Source: Octopus vulgaris (Eukaryota). Taken from it: a stretch of 64,000 nt of DNA. The position numbers were made by a program, and so were the translations under genes. Shown one piece after another: positions 25,168 through 39,586 of this stretch. The notes under the pieces were generated by a model. It had not been told where the DNA came from, ran no database searches, and was given only the letters and a program-made list of their open reading frames with translations. The DNA lies in contig OX597818.1 of NCBI GenBank assembly GCA_951406725.2, positions 137,454,001-137,518,000 on the forward strand, written 5' to 3'. Each line of letters opens with the position of its first letter. Positions within the stretch are counted from its first letter, which is position 1.

Positions 25168-25555
25168 GTGGAGGCGCAATGGCCCAGTGGTTAGGGCAGC
25201 GGACTCGCGGTCATAGGATCGCGGTTTCGATTCTCAGACCGGGCGTTGTGAGTGTTTATTGAGCGAAAACACCTAAAAGCTCCACGAGACTCCGGCAGGG
25301 GATGGTGGTGATCCCTGCTGTACTCTTTCACCACAACTTTCTCTCACTCTCACTTCCTGTTTCGGTTGTACCTGTATTTCAAGGGGCCAGCCTTGTTACT
25401 CTCTGTGTCACGCTGAATATCCCCGAGAACTACGTTAAGGGTACACGTGTCTGTGGAGTGCTCAGCCACTTACACGTTAATTTCACGAGCAGGCTGTTCC
25501 GTTGATTCGGATCAACCGGAACCCTCATCGTCGTAACCGACGGAGTGCTTCCATC
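25168..25555 (+). mobile_element. SINE family A, full length
   Basis: TSD CAGTATCACTAT at 25156-25167 and 25556-25567. Confidence 0.92.
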
Positions 25556-25694
25556 CAGTATCACTATTCAAAGACACCTGAACGATTAATACCACCAGCA
25601 ATAACAACAAAAATCACAACTAGCGCAGCAGCAACTGAAATATCAACCGCTACTACAACATCAACAAAACTAATACTTTCTAGCAAAGACACAA

Positions 25695-26453
25695 GATCTG
25701 AAACTTTGGAGGAGGAGACGAGTCGATTACATCGACCCCAATGTTTCACTGGCACTTATTTTATTGACCCCAAAAGGATGAAGAGCAAAGTCAACTTCGG
25801 AGGTATGTGAACTCAAAAGCTGAAGACGGACGAAATATCACTGAGGATTCCGTCCGACGAGCTAACTATTTTTCTTCTACTACGGTGCAAGGCTTGAAAT
25901 TTGGCGAGAAGGGACTAGTCGATTATATCGACCCCGGTGTATCAATGGTAGTTATTTCGTCGACTCCGAAAGGATGAAAGCAAAGTCAACAGGGGTGGAA
26001 TTTGAACTCATAATGTAGCGACGGGTGAAATACCTATTTCTTTACTACCCACAAGGGGCTAAACACAGAGAGAGGACAAACAAGGACAGACAAACGGATT
26101 AAGTCGATTATATCGATCCCAGTGCGTAACTGGTACTTATTTAATCGACCCCGAAAGGATGAAAGGCAAAGTCAACAGGGGTGGAATTTGAACTCATAAT
26201 GTAGCGACGGGTGAAATACCTATTTCTTTATAACCTACAAGGGGCTAAACACAGAGAGGACAAACAAGGACAGACAAACGGATTAAGTCGATTATATCGA
26301 TCCCAGTGCGTAACTGGTACTTATTTGATCGACCCCGAAGGGATGAAAGGCAAAGTCGACCTCGGCGGAATTTGAACTCGGAACGTAGCGGCAGACGAAA
26401 TACTGCTAAGCATTTCGCCCGGCGTGCTAACTTTTCTGCCAGCTTACCGCCTT
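25695..26453 (-). mobile_element. SINE family C cluster with partial tandem array (186-bp period)
   Basis: Full head at 26453. Junctions AAAGAAATAGG|TATTTC at ~26220 and ~26033. Confidence 0.85.
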
Positions 26454-26895
26454 CAGTAACAACATCAACAAAAACAATGCAAACCACCACCACCACCACT
26501 TCAACAACAACAACAACCACAACAACAAAAACAACAACAGGAAGAGCAATAGTAACAGCAACAGTAATAACAACAGCCATAAATACAGTAGCTTTATAAG
26601 AAGTACTGGACTCAATTTGATAGACTAAACCCTTCAAGTCAGTGCTCCATCATGGCTGTAGTTCAAGGGCAAAAACAAAAAGAAGAATAAAAAAGAATGC
26701 CTATGCATGATTTTTTTTTGTTTTTGTTTTTGGCGGAGTAATAGAGGTAAATCCTGCAGTGGGTATTGAAACCGTGTGTACTGTTTTTGCTTAATTAAAT
26801 GATTGATTATTTGCCAACACAAAACAATGACGTAAATAATGGATTGTTTCTGGGGATTAGAAGACCGTAAATACTCGGCTTGTATGCTGCTGCTG

Positions 26896-26970
<75 letters not shown>

Positions 26971-27121
26971 TTGCTGCCACTACTACTATTACTACTATTA
27001 ACCTTCAACTGCTGTTGTTACTACTACTACTACTACTACTACTACTGCCACTTCTACTATTACTACTATTAACCTTCAACTGCTGTTGTTACTACTACTA
27101 CTACTACTACTACTACTGCTC

Positions 27122-27356
27122 CCTATTTCTGTATTACCCACAAGGGGCTAAACATAGAGGGAACAAACAAGGACAGACATAGGTATTAAGTCGATTACAT
27201 CGACCCCAGTGCGTAACTGGTACTTGATTTATCGACCCCTGAAGGATGAAAGGCAAAGTCGACCTCGGCGGAATTTGAACTCAGAACGTAACGGCAGACG
27301 AAATACCGCTAAGCATTTCGCCCGGCGTGCTAACGTTTCTGCCAGCTCGCCACCTT
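27122..27356 (-). mobile_element. SINE family C, full length
   Basis: Reverse complement of 41883-42117, with B-box GAGTTCAAATTCC. Confidence 0.88.
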
Positions 27357-27835
27357 ATACTACTACTACTACCACTACCACCACCACCACCATCTCCACT
27401 ACTACTACTACTACTACTACAACAACAACAACACACTTTCAAGAATATGCGCTTCAGAAAGGATTCTGAATAGCCAACTCTCTAACATTAAGAGTAAATA
27501 ATGCAGGATTTGATCGGAAAACCAAATTTTACTAGGAACGGTGGGAGAACCTGATTAGTTCCTCCATCCTGTATACCTTTAATAATCATCTCTAAATTTG
27601 CCATTAAAGCACAGGAGTCTTGAGAAGTATAGGTATAGATCATTTAAGCGAAATCCGTATTTAAATGGTACGTTATTTTATCGACGTGGAAAAACCGAAA
27701 TGAGAAGTTGACCTCGACTAAATTCGAACTCCAAACCCTGATGTTGCACATAAAACTATCATTTAGCATCTTACAAATTGTGCTAATCATTCTGTCTTTC
27801 TTGCAAGTCCTAAAAATATGATATGAATAGATATT

Positions 27836-28200
27836 CTTTTCTATTCTAGGCACAAAGCCCGAAATTTTGGGGTGTTGGGGCCAGTCGATTAGATCGACCC
27901 CAGTACGCAACCAGTACTTAATTAATCGACCCCGAAAGGCTGAAAGGCAAAGTCGACCTCTGTAGAATTTGAACTCAGAACGCAAAGACAGACGAAATAC
28001 TTATTTCTTTACTCCCCACAAGGGGATAAACACAGGACAAACAAGGACAGACAAACGGATTAAGTCGATTATATCGATCCCAGTGCATAACTGGTACTTA
28101 TTTAATCGACCCCGAAAGGATGAAAGGCAAAGTCGACCTGGGCGGAATTTGAACTCAGAACGTAGCGGCAGACGAAATTCCGCTAAGCATTTAGCCCGGG
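27836..28200 (-). mobile_element. SINE family C partial tandem dimer
   Basis: Same 3'-end-to-internal junction at ~28000. Confidence 0.8.
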
Positions 28201-28427
28201 ACACGAAATAGATATTGGACTGGAACTCTGCAGACGTCAGGATTACAGTGCACGTCTGGGAAAGAACTGTGGACTAGAGGTGATTGCTGTCAATGATGTA
28301 ATTCATCAGAGATTTTTTCCGTGGCCCCTTATTCTCCTAGAGGAGTTGTAAACAAAAAACAACTCATTCCTCCATCTTCTACGTACGTCGTGAGAATCCT
28401 CACGCGCCTCTTCCATAAGGTCCTATA

Positions 28428-28761
28428 GTGAAAGCGCGTGGCTTAGTGGTTAGGGCATTCGGCTCATGATTGTAAGATCGTGAGTTCGATTCCAAGCGAC
28501 GCGTTGTGTCCTTGAGCAAGACACTTTATTTCATGTTGCTCCAGTCCACTCAGCTGGCAAAAATGAGTTGTACCTGTATTTCAAAGGGCCGGCCTTGTCA
28601 CACTCAGTGTCACGCTGAATCTCCCTGAGAACTACGTTAAGGGTACACGTGTCTGTGGAGTGCTCAGCCACTTGCACGTTAATTTCACGAGCAGGCTGTT
28701 CTATTGATCGTATCAGCTGGGACCCTCGTCGTCGTTACCGACGGAGTGCTCCTTTTTTTTT
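28428..28761 (+). mobile_element. CORE-type SINE sharing the family-A 3' half (family E)
   Basis: tRNA head TGGCTTAGTGG/GTTCGATTCC, CORE-like TGTGTCCTTGAGCAAGACACTTTA...CAGTCCACTCAGCTG, then the family-A 3' half. TSD TAAGGTCCTATA at 28416-28427 and 28762-28773. Confidence 0.85.
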
Positions 28762-28949
28762 TAAGGTCCTATAAAAAGCACCCGTCATTACACTTTCTGG
28801 CTGAATTCCCAAACATGACTCTACAGATATTAACCAGCATCCCATTCAAGGTCTACTCTCAGGTCTCTTGCTGGTTGCATCGCCTTCAAGAATTTATCTT
28901 GTTATTTTTTCCTGCGACGTTTTAATTGCATATTCGTAGTACCGGAGCC

Positions 28950-29185
28950 GTTACCTCTTAATGCAAGGTAACGACTTAACCTGAAAAGAATCAAGATCTC
29001 TCTGCGCTTTGTCAAGTAGTGTTACTCCAGAAATCCCTCGGAGGGATCCCATTTCGACGGCTTGTATCTGCGATTGTACTCTTTCGGTCAATACCCAACA
29101 ATCATGACCATATGTGAAGATAGGCACGAAAACCGAAGTGAAGACAGGAAGTTTGGCTTTTTTACCAATCGTTCCTTTTGGGGTT
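28950..29185 (-). pseudogene. RTE-clade LINE ORF fragment
   Basis: KAKLPVFTSVFVPIFTYGHDCWVLTERVQSQIQAVEMGSLRGISGVTLLDK matches the post-RT region of RTE elements. Confidence 0.8.
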
Positions 29186-30148
29186 AAACTGGAGTCTGAC
29201 AATAAGAAACTAATTCAATAATACCTATTACATCATCCTTCGGAGGGAGAGACCAATCCAGTGCTTTCTGGTATCTCCTCAAAACGGCTGGCATTAATAA
29301 ACGTTAAATTCTATCAGTCTCTTACTTCGTTCTTCGAAGGCAATAAATCGCACCACTTGTAATTAACCGATGAAAATTCTTCCATGTCAAGTGAAGCGAG
29401 CTTAGATATTTATAATGATTTCTCAGAAAGGGAGTTTAGTCCTTTATTATTGGTCAAATATCTCTTTACGCTGATAATTCTTAATGTTCTTCTTTTACCC
29501 GTTTCATTTATTTTATTCTATTTTATACATATATTTATTTATTTATTAGTATTTTTGGTAACGATACTTGGTAGAATTACATTACTCGAATCTTAAATCT
29601 CGAGGCATATTGAGAGACAGAATACAAGAGTACAAGAGTACAAGATAGACAGATAAAACGAGAGAAAGAAAGCAAGAAAATCAGAAAGACACAAAACTGA
29701 CGAGAAGGAAACAAAGAAAGAAAGACAGAAAGGAAGAAAGAAAGAAGACAGAAACAAAGACAACAACATTTTTTCAGTTTCGGTAAAACGAAGAAAATTT
29801 ACTGGAAACGAAACAAGAAAAATTTAGGATAAAACTAATAACAATATAAGTCGGCGGTGGGGGGCATGTAGGAAGTGAGTGTTTATTTGTATTAGTTGTT
29901 ATTATATTTCCCTGTATTTGTTGGGTGGAAAGGTTTAAGGTTTCAGGGGATATAATTAAATAGATCTTCGAATAACGAGAAAGCAATTGTGACTGTAATA
30001 GCTGACTATTTTAGTGAGGATGTGGTCGCCATCTTGATATTATTATTGAAGTAGTCATCACTGACCCCTGAGTATGTCTTCCAATTCTCTCGTAGAATTT
30101 TGACTTGAGACCAATCTATCTAGATATCCCTCTGTCTCAACGACTGTG

Positions 30149-30273
<125 letters not shown>

Positions 30274-30274
30274 T

Positions 30275-30391
<117 letters not shown>

Positions 30392-30426
30392 ATATAACTA
30401 TTTAGCATTTCATATACATTATTTAT

Positions 30427-30497
<71 letters not shown>

Positions 30498-30640
30498 AAC
30501 AAGCACACACATATACAAAGTGGGAGTGGAGGATGTGAGAAAGGATGTGAGAATGAAAGAATGAGAGAAAGAGATAGATAAATATATAGATCTATTATTA
30601 GATCAATAGGCATATACTTATATATACATACATACATACA

Positions 30641-30797
<157 letters not shown>

Positions 30798-31405
30798 GGA
30801 GAGAAAAGTGACAAAAATTTTACAAGAAATACCACGTATGGTTTTGTGTGCGAGAAAGAGAGTGAGAGAGAGAGTGTCTGAGAGGCTATAAAAATATCCT
30901 TAAAACCTAGGAATAACAGAAAGAATATGAAGACAGCATGTTGATGTTTACTTTCCATTAACTACCCTTAACAGAGGTTTAGGGTAGAGTATTGTTTTTT
31001 ACGGTTTTATTGTTTCTTTTATTAATTCTATTTTTAACAATGGACGAATTCAGCTAGGTTTTTTTATATCTTCAATTAACGCATACACCACACACACAGG
31101 GATACGTGTGTGTATGTTTACGTTTCTGTATGTATGTATGTATGTATGTATGTATGTATGTATGTATGTATGTATGTATGTATTTATGTATGTATGTATG
31201 TACGTATGTATGTAAGTATGTATGTATGTATTCGTGAATATGTGAATATATGTATGTACGTGTGTACATGCATGTATTTATGTATGTGTGTGTATTTGTG
31301 TTTCTTTGTGTGAGTGAGTGTGTGTTGAGTGTGTGTGTATGAGATTGTGTGTGTGTGTGTATAGCTTTGACATGTATACACAAAGGCACATAACGCTATA
31401 TACTT

Positions 31406-31436
<31 letters not shown>

Positions 31437-31613
31437 CTTCCGTCCAATAACACAGATCAATACACTTACTCCCTCTCCCTCTCTCTTTCTCCCTCCATCT
31501 CTTTCTTTCACACGCGCGTGCGGAAGTATACTCTTAAACGAAAAAGCAACTTCATTCATATGAAGTTCCTTCCGTCAAGAATTCTCCTTATAGCTTCTGC
31601 ATCAAACGCCACT

Positions 31614-31685
<72 letters not shown>

Positions 31686-31734
31686 GTACCTATATATATA
31701 TACAGAGAGAGAGAGAGAGAGAGAGAGATCTCCC

Positions 31735-31809
<75 letters not shown>

Positions 31810-31893
31810 ATTCGAGACAAAACCACTATTTTAAAACCAAACAAGGAAAGACTTAATCAATACATAAAATTTTAATATAAATTAAATAAACCG

Positions 31894-31937
31894 CCACTAC
31901 AAATGTTTCATGTCTGCTACCGACAATCTTCAGGTGG
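31894..31937 (-). ncRNA. Minimal type I hammerhead ribozyme motif
   Basis: Minus strand: CCAC-CTGAAGA-T-TGTC(GGTAGCA)GACA-T-GAAA-CATTTG-TA^GTGG. It lies ~90 bp from (TA)n. Confidence 0.75.
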
Positions 31938-32880
31938 ATTTTCGATCTAAAAATATCAATATTTTAAAATATAATTTAAAATAATTTAAAATAATAAAAT
32001 AATAAAATTATCAATGAAAGAATAAAAATATAATCTATATATAATCTATATATAATCAATATATAATCTAAAATAATCTAAAATAAACCCTATAAACAAT
32101 TGAATATAAAAACCTATTATAAAAGTTCTCATATTTAAAAATGTACAAAAACCAAAAAACAACAAGCAAAAAACAAAAACCAAAAAACAAAAAACAAAAA
32201 ATAAACTATATATACACACACATGCTCATACACTCAACACATTACTTATTCATACTTCCTCACACACACATACAACACTCAATTCATAAACAATATACAT
32301 ATACCCGCTCACACATACATATACATACACATACATACAGAACACGATATATACCAATATATAAACACCCACACCCATACAGATAAATAAATTACGCAAA
32401 CAATCACACACACACACACACACACACACACATTCACACATACATAAACACTCAAAAGAAAACCGAACAATTCTTTGCACGTGGATATCAAACGTTTTAA
32501 AAAAATTATGAATGGAAATGAAATCCATACATACAAGTATAAATATAACTATACAACCCCTAACACAATACGCACAAATACACACACATATATACACACA
32601 CCCACAAACATAACCATATACACACTCACACATACATATACATACGTACAAGTCTCGATACAAACAAACTTTAATAAAACGACCATGATAAACGAAAACT
32701 CATATATATATTAATATATATATAAAAGAGTTTGTACACGCAGACGGGTGCAATCACACGCACATTCAAAACTTACATGTATACAAGTGCATAAATAATC
32801 ACACCCAATTACATAGCACTCATACACTCCCACAACTACACTTACACTTGTACACTCTCACACATACATACACACTCATA

Positions 32881-32944
<64 letters not shown>

Positions 32945-33066
32945 GATATATATATGTATCTATATATCCTTCTAAATTCGGTGCATGTCGACGTATCTAG
33001 CTGACCCTCTAATTATGATTATATTTATGATTATTGAACATTTTTTTATAAACATACATATATATA

Positions 33067-33252
33067 TAGGTGCAGGCGTGGTTGTATGGTAAGAAGCAAA
33101 TGTAATGAAATAAAGAAGCTTGCTTCCCAATCACGTGGTTTTGGTTTCAGTCCCACTGTGTGGCTCCTTGGGTAAGTGTCTTTTACTATAGTCACGAGCC
33201 GACCAAAGCCTTCTGAGTGGATTTGGTAGACGAAAGCTGAAAGAAGCCTGTC

Positions 33253-33315
<63 letters not shown>

Positions 33316-33750
33316 ATCCAAACATGAAAACACAAAGAGAAAACACAACAACCCGAGGATGTGGAACAAGTATAGTGTTATTGGACGCTCAGGAACGGAA
33401 AGAAATAAGGAGGATTTAACGTTTCGAGCGGAGCACTTCGTCAGGAACATAGAAAAAGGAAAGGTTCTAGGAAGGGATGACAGAGAAAGAAAGTCGCCAT
33501 ATGAGTACTTGCATATAGGTTTGTATTTACGAGTGAGCGTCTTTGTGCCTGTGTTTGTTCCCCTACTTCACCCCCACCGTTACCTGAAAACCGATGTTGG
33601 TGTGTGTTTATGTCCCCGGTTTATAGCGGTCCGGAAAAGGAAAGTACCGTGCTAACAAAGTATAGTCCTGGGGTCTATTTGCTCGACTAAAAAGTGGTGC
33701 TCCAGCATGGGCACAGAGAAATGACCGAAACAAGTAAAAGAATTAAAAAG
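33067..33750 (+). mobile_element. SINE family B, diverged, with a Penelope-end insert (33311-33500) in its internal (TA)n
   Basis: Family-B head and tail. The insert carries a minus-strand CTGACGA-AGTGC-TCC-GCTC-GAAA-CGTT motif at 33415-33448. Confidence 0.75.
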
Positions 33751-33804
33751 TGTAACAAAATATATATACATACATATATATATATACATATATACATATA
33801 TATA

Positions 33805-33860
<56 letters not shown>

Positions 33861-34289
33861 TATATACATATATATACATATATATAGGTCAGTTCACATT
33901 ACGCCGTAGCGGGCATTAAGATGGTTTATATATGAGAAAGAGATTACAAATGAATAAGAGATTATCATATTTACTTCATTATCCAACAGCTGTTTCTGTT
34001 ATATGATTCAGTGGACTCATAACCGAGTGTCAAAATAACAACTCTCATCAAGTTTCATCGGAAGTTCATAAGATAATCCTTTATTCCTTTCACATCTCTG
34101 TTTCTAATTACCGCTCTATACTCAGCTAACATTTCGTTCTGAAGCATACGTTTATTGAATTCTATACCAGGTTATTAGTTTCACAATATCTAAGTGTTAT
34201 ACATACATACATACATACATACATACATACATACATACATACATGCATACATACATACACACACACACACGTATATATATGTATATGTG

Positions 34290-34384
<95 letters not shown>

Positions 34385-34439
34385 GTTTCGTTTCCTTTCT
34401 TGTCTCCAAGTAAGTTTTTATATATATATATATTGTCCG

Positions 34440-34631
34440 AGTCAGTCGCCATGATAAATCGTTAGCCACTACACACATTTTTTCTCTCCTTGTTTTTTCT
34501 GTGTTCCTTCCTGTAGAAGAGCGTAGGCTCGAAACGCAAAAGACTTTTTCTCTTCCTGAGCGTTATACTAATACATCTGTTTGTTTTGTACGCCACCTGT
34601 CTTCGTTTTTTGTACTTCTCGTAAACTCTCT
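34440..34631 (+). mobile_element. Penelope-like end fragment with variant hammerhead (34506-34543)
   Basis: CTGTAGA-A-GAGC(GTAG)GCTC-GAAA-CGCA-AAAG. Flanked by (TA)n and homologous to 17862-18050. Confidence 0.6.
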
Positions 34632-34734
34632 CTATATATATATATATATATATACATACATATATACATACGTACATGCATATATATATACATATATATA
34701 TATATACATACATAGCGATAGACAGACAGAAACA

Positions 34735-34769
<35 letters not shown>

Positions 34770-35212
34770 TGTTATTCTCTTATTCTTTTGTGTCAGCCAT
34801 TTGACTGCAGTCATACTGGAGCATCGATTTGAAGTGTTTTTTGTTGAACAATTCGAACCGAGCACTTATTTTTTAAGCCTAGTATTTAATTGTATCGGTT
34901 TCTTTGCCGAACCGTTAAGTATACGGGACGTAAACACACCAACATCAGTTATCAAGCGATGATGGGTGGAACGAACACACACACAGAAACACGAACAAAT
35001 GGATTCACACACACACACACACACTCACACACATACACACATGTATATATATGTATACGACGGCCTTCTTTCAGTTTCCGTCTACCAAATCTACACTCAA
35101 AATTTGGTCAGCCCGAGGTTATAGTAGAAAGCATTGGCCTATGGCATTGGCCTATGGTGCCACGCAGTGGGACTCAAGCCAGAACCATGTGGTTGGGAAG
35201 CAAGCTTCTTAG
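34770..35212 (-). mobile_element. SINE family B, diverged
   Basis: Family-B body and most of the head. Confidence 0.75.
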
Positions 35213-35383
35213 CACACACACACACACGCACGTACGCACACATTCACACACACACGCACGTACGCACACATTCACACACACACTCATACGCACACACACA
35301 CATACACACATACATATCTGTTTCTCGGGCTCCCTACATATTCACGTTTTACCTCTGGATATTACTGGTTGTTATATCATATA

Positions 35384-35764
35384 GGAGCACTCCGTCGGTT
35401 ACGACGACGAGGGTCCCAGCTGATACGATCAACGGAACAGCTTGCTCGTGGAATTAACGTGCAAGTGGCTGAGCACTCCACAGACACGTGTACCCTTAAC
35501 GTAGTTCTCGAGGATATTCAGCGTGACACAGAGTGTGACAAGGCTGGCCCTTTGAAATACAGGTACAACCGAAACAGGAAGAAAGAGTGAGAGAAAGTTG
35601 TGGTGAAAGAGTACAGCAGGGTTCACCACCATCCCTGCCGGAGCCTTGTGAAGCTTTAGGTGTTTTCGCTCAATAAACACTCACAATGCCCGGTCTGGGA
35701 ATCGAAACCGCGATCCTACGACCGCAAGTCCGCTGCCCTAACCACTGGGCCATTGCGCCTCCAC
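35384..35764 (-). mobile_element. SINE family A, full length
   Basis: TSD TGTTATATCATA at 35370-35381 and 35765-35776. Confidence 0.92.
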
Positions 35765-35946
35765 TGTTATATCATAATCTATAGGATATAAAGCGAGAAA
35801 GACAGAAAGATGAAAGAGTCATCCGTATGATCTCAGAGTGAGTTCGATACACATTTCTGATGGTCGCATTGACATGAAACTCGAAAGGAAAGAATAAGAT
35901 TTCAGTTTATATAAACAATATGCTTTGCATCAGACATGGCCTACGG

Positions 35947-36165
35947 CAGTGCTTTTCAACCTTTTTGCTGGAGCGGAACCCCAAGAAAACATTTCACTGG
36001 CTCGAGGAACCCCTGTGCAATAATTTAATTGTCTTATGCACACATATCTGCACAGGAGAATTAAAAACTACTGTCGATTTTAGCATTTTTGTAACTTCTT
36101 ACGGAACCCCTGGACTATACTGGCGGAACCCTAAGGTTCCACGGAACCCTGATTGAAAACCACTG
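35947..36165. mobile_element. hAT MITE, 219 bp
   Basis: TIRs CAGTGCTTTTCAACC and GATTGAAAACCACTG, subterminal GGAACCC repeats, 8-bp TSD GCCTACGG/ACCTACGG. Confidence 0.88.
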
Positions 36166-36321
36166 ACCTACGGCATAGAATTTAGCTCTTTTTACGAGGA
36201 TAGATTCTGGGCAACTTGAGCAAGTAACTTCTTCTATAACTCCGGGCCTACCAAAGTCTTCTGAGGAGATTTGGTAGACAGAAATTCAAAGATGCCACAT
36301 GTGTATTCTGTTTGCGTCCGT

Positions 36322-36375
<54 letters not shown>

Positions 36376-36844
36376 GTGGATACTAGTGTCGATATTTTCG
36401 ACTGAAAACCTTCAAGACGGTACTTCTGCATGGTCACAATCAAATAACTGTAACAACTAAAAGATAAAAGCTATATGTTTGTGTGTGAGTGTATGTGTGT
36501 GTGTATAATTTATACTAATCTCTCGTCTTATGTTTTGCAAACAATTTGCACATGCAAATGCTACCTGTCGAAAGATCCTCATACCAGAAACCAGTAAGTA
36601 TATGGCGTCATCAGGATTGAATGCGCGCCGTTTCGAGGCCTACCTCTTGACGGCATCATTGCGCACCGGTCCCTTCACTGATATGAGGCCCGCTTGCCAA
36701 ATCAACTAGTTATCAAGTAAAGCTCAATATTTTTCTAGCCATCGCTCATCGTCTCTTTTTAACCAAATCCAGTGGCTAGCCTTTTCCACTGTAGTTTGGT
36801 TATCTGTTATGTATGTCTTTCTATTTCATTGTTATGCATATATA

Positions 36845-37190
36845 AAAAAGGGTAAAGACTCCTTTCGGTCATGAATGACAATGGGATTGCACCTACAAAG
36901 TTACCCTCCGATGTACAATTGCGGGCAAGGTTGCTTATGGAAACAGTCGCCCATGCATACCAGCCTCTCCTCTCCACTCCACGCCACTGATGATATCCAA
37001 GGGAAGAGCAAAGTCCGATACAACTTGGCACCAGTGACTTCGCAACACATTTCTACAGATGAGTGAATTGAAGCAACGTGAAAAAAAAGTGTCTTGCTCA
37101 AGAACACAACACACAGCCAAGTCCGGGAATCGAACTCACTACTTCATGATTGTGAGCACGACGCTCTAATCACTGAGACATGCGCCCTAT
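36845..37190 (-). mobile_element. CORE-type SINE with a distinct 3' half (family F)
   Basis: Minus: tRNA head (GTTCGATTCCC), CORE-like TGTGTTCTTGAGCAAGACACT, and a 3' part ending ...GACCGAAAGGAGTCTTTACCCTTT that is unrelated to family A/E. Confidence 0.7.
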
Positions 37191-37775
37191 TCACGTATGT
37201 CTATCTCCTTATTATTATCTATTTCGATTTCTGGCTTTATATTCCAAATACATACTCTTTATACTTTAACCCCTCACATATTACTCTCTCTGTCTCACTG
37301 TGTCTCTGTCTCTCTGCCTCTCTCTCTCACTCTTTCACATTCCTTATCTTTCCTTTTCTCTTCAATCGTTATCACTTTCTTCATTATAATGACATTTTAT
37401 TTACTCTCCTCACCTCTCTTTAGCTATCCTACTGAGGAAAAATACCCCTACTTCTCCAGTCCGCTCCACCTCACTCCACTACGCTCCTCACCGCTCCGCT
37501 CCTCATTTCTTCCCCCAATTACGCTCTTCTCTCTAATTAAATACATTAATCTATCCGCTATAATGATTGACTGCAACTTCCTGTTTGACCATTGTCCAGG
37601 CAACGGTCCACAGCCAGTGCACATGTCGTCCGTTTCCGAACGATGTCCAACAGCAACTCCAATCACAATAGAATAGACACTGGTCACACGTGATCGTTAA
37701 ACTAACAGACATTTACTGTGTGTTTGTACGTATGTTTGTGAATGTATATGCGCGCGCACGAACACAACATGTATA

Positions 37776-38050
37776 TGTATGTGTGTGTGTATGTATATAT
37801 TTATATATCTATATATACACATGTATATATTTATAAATATGTAAGCATATATATATGTGTGTGCGTGTATGTGTGTGTGTATGTATATATATATATCTAT
37901 ATATACACATGTATATATTTATAAATATGTAAGCATATATGTATATGTGTGTGTATGTGTGTGTGTATGTATATATATATCTATATATAAACATGTATAT
38001 ATGTATAAATATGTAAGCATATATATATATGTGTGTGTATGTGTGTGTGT
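37776..38050 (+). repeat. Three ~90-bp tandem units built from TA/TG microsatellite
   Basis: The marker TATAAATATGTAAGCATATAT recurs at ~37832, ~37920 and ~38004. Confidence 0.7.
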
Positions 38051-38150
38051 GTATGTGTGTGTGTATTTGTGTGTGTATATATATATATATACACACATAT
38101 ATGCATGTATGTATGTATGTATGTATGTAGGTAGGTAGGCACGTATGCAT

Positions 38151-38361
38151 ACTCTTTTACTCTTTTACTTGTTTCAGTCATTTGACTGCGGCCATGCTGG
38201 AGCACCGCCTTTAATCGAGCAACTCGACCCCGGGTCTTATTCTTTTGTAAGCCCAGTACTTATTTTATCGGTATCTTTTGCCGAACCGCTAAGTAACGGG
38301 GACATAAACACACCAGCATCGGTTGTCAAGCAATGCTAGGGGGACAAACACAGACACACAA

Positions 38362-38392
<31 letters not shown>

Positions 38393-38565
38393 CATATATT
38401 CGACGGGCTTCTTTCAGTTTCCGTCGACCAAATTCACTCACAAGGCTTTGGTCGGCCCGAGGCTATAGTAGAAGACACTTGCCCAAGGTGCCACGCAGTG
38501 GGACTGAACCCGGAACCATGTGGTTGGTAAACAAGCTACTTACCACACAGCCACTCCTGCGCCTA
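38151..38565 (-). mobile_element. SINE family B, full length
   Basis: Intact head (TAGGCGCAGGAGTGGCTGTGTGG), internal (TA)/(TG)n, GTAAAAGA tail. Confidence 0.92.
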
Positions 38566-38986
38566 TGGAGAGAGGACGCGTATTTCCATGCGGGAAAAAA
38601 TTTAGACTTTAATTTGCAGTTGGAAATACACCTGAATCTCAAAACGTATAGTCGTTTTAAAATCTTGTTATAGATTTATTCAAATGCCAAACCGGTTTCG
38701 ACAATTTTTTGATCATCACCGGTAAAAATAAATGAATAAATAAATAAATAAAGGGTCTAGCAGGGTTTAAAGTCACGAGGTAAAACTCGAAAAAAATACG
38801 TTTAAACGACCAAATGTTGAAATGAATAAAAAGACAGGAGTGGATATATTTAAGGTACCCTTGGCATGAAGGGTAGCTTGCGATCTACCTCTCGTTTGGA
38901 TAACTTACTACTACCGAGGTTCCCCTAGCAATGAAACAGATAGCCTGGATTTTATCTATTCCATTCCATAATTTTTGAATACATAC

Positions 38987-39041
<55 letters not shown>

Positions 39042-39586
39042 CATACATATATAACCTTCCGAGTTCTTTTACAAAACTTTGAAAAACTGAAGGACCGCTG
39101 CAATAGGTGTGTGAACTTGAGAGGTGAATATGTTTAAACATCCCCTTGTAAATACATACATACATATACATATATACATACACGCACACACGCACATATA
39201 TATATATATATATATATGAATGTTCCTATGTACTACTCCAAGTGTGGTACATATATGTGTGTTGTTTACGGTTTACGTCTGTCTATCTATCTATCTATCT
39301 ATCTATCTACCTATCTATCTCCGTGTATATATATATATATACAAATATACACATACTACTACCACTACTAGAAAATGCCTGCGGATAATGATTTGCGAGA
39401 TCTACTCTGTAGTGAGAATCTATGATCATTCGTCATCAGTCACCAGACATTCGATATATTCCTGAGTTTTGTTATTCTACCCCAGGGATGGGAAACTTGC
39501 CATCTTACAAAATCTTCCAGGTGGAATAATATGTAAAGTATTCTACCGCCATCGGTACTTCCTCCAGCACCAGAAGCAGCAGATTG

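Noticed and set aside
25168-25245. tRNA gene calls for SINE heads
   Set aside because: A/B boxes are present, but there is no closed acceptor stem and the heads run into SINE bodies bounded by TSDs.
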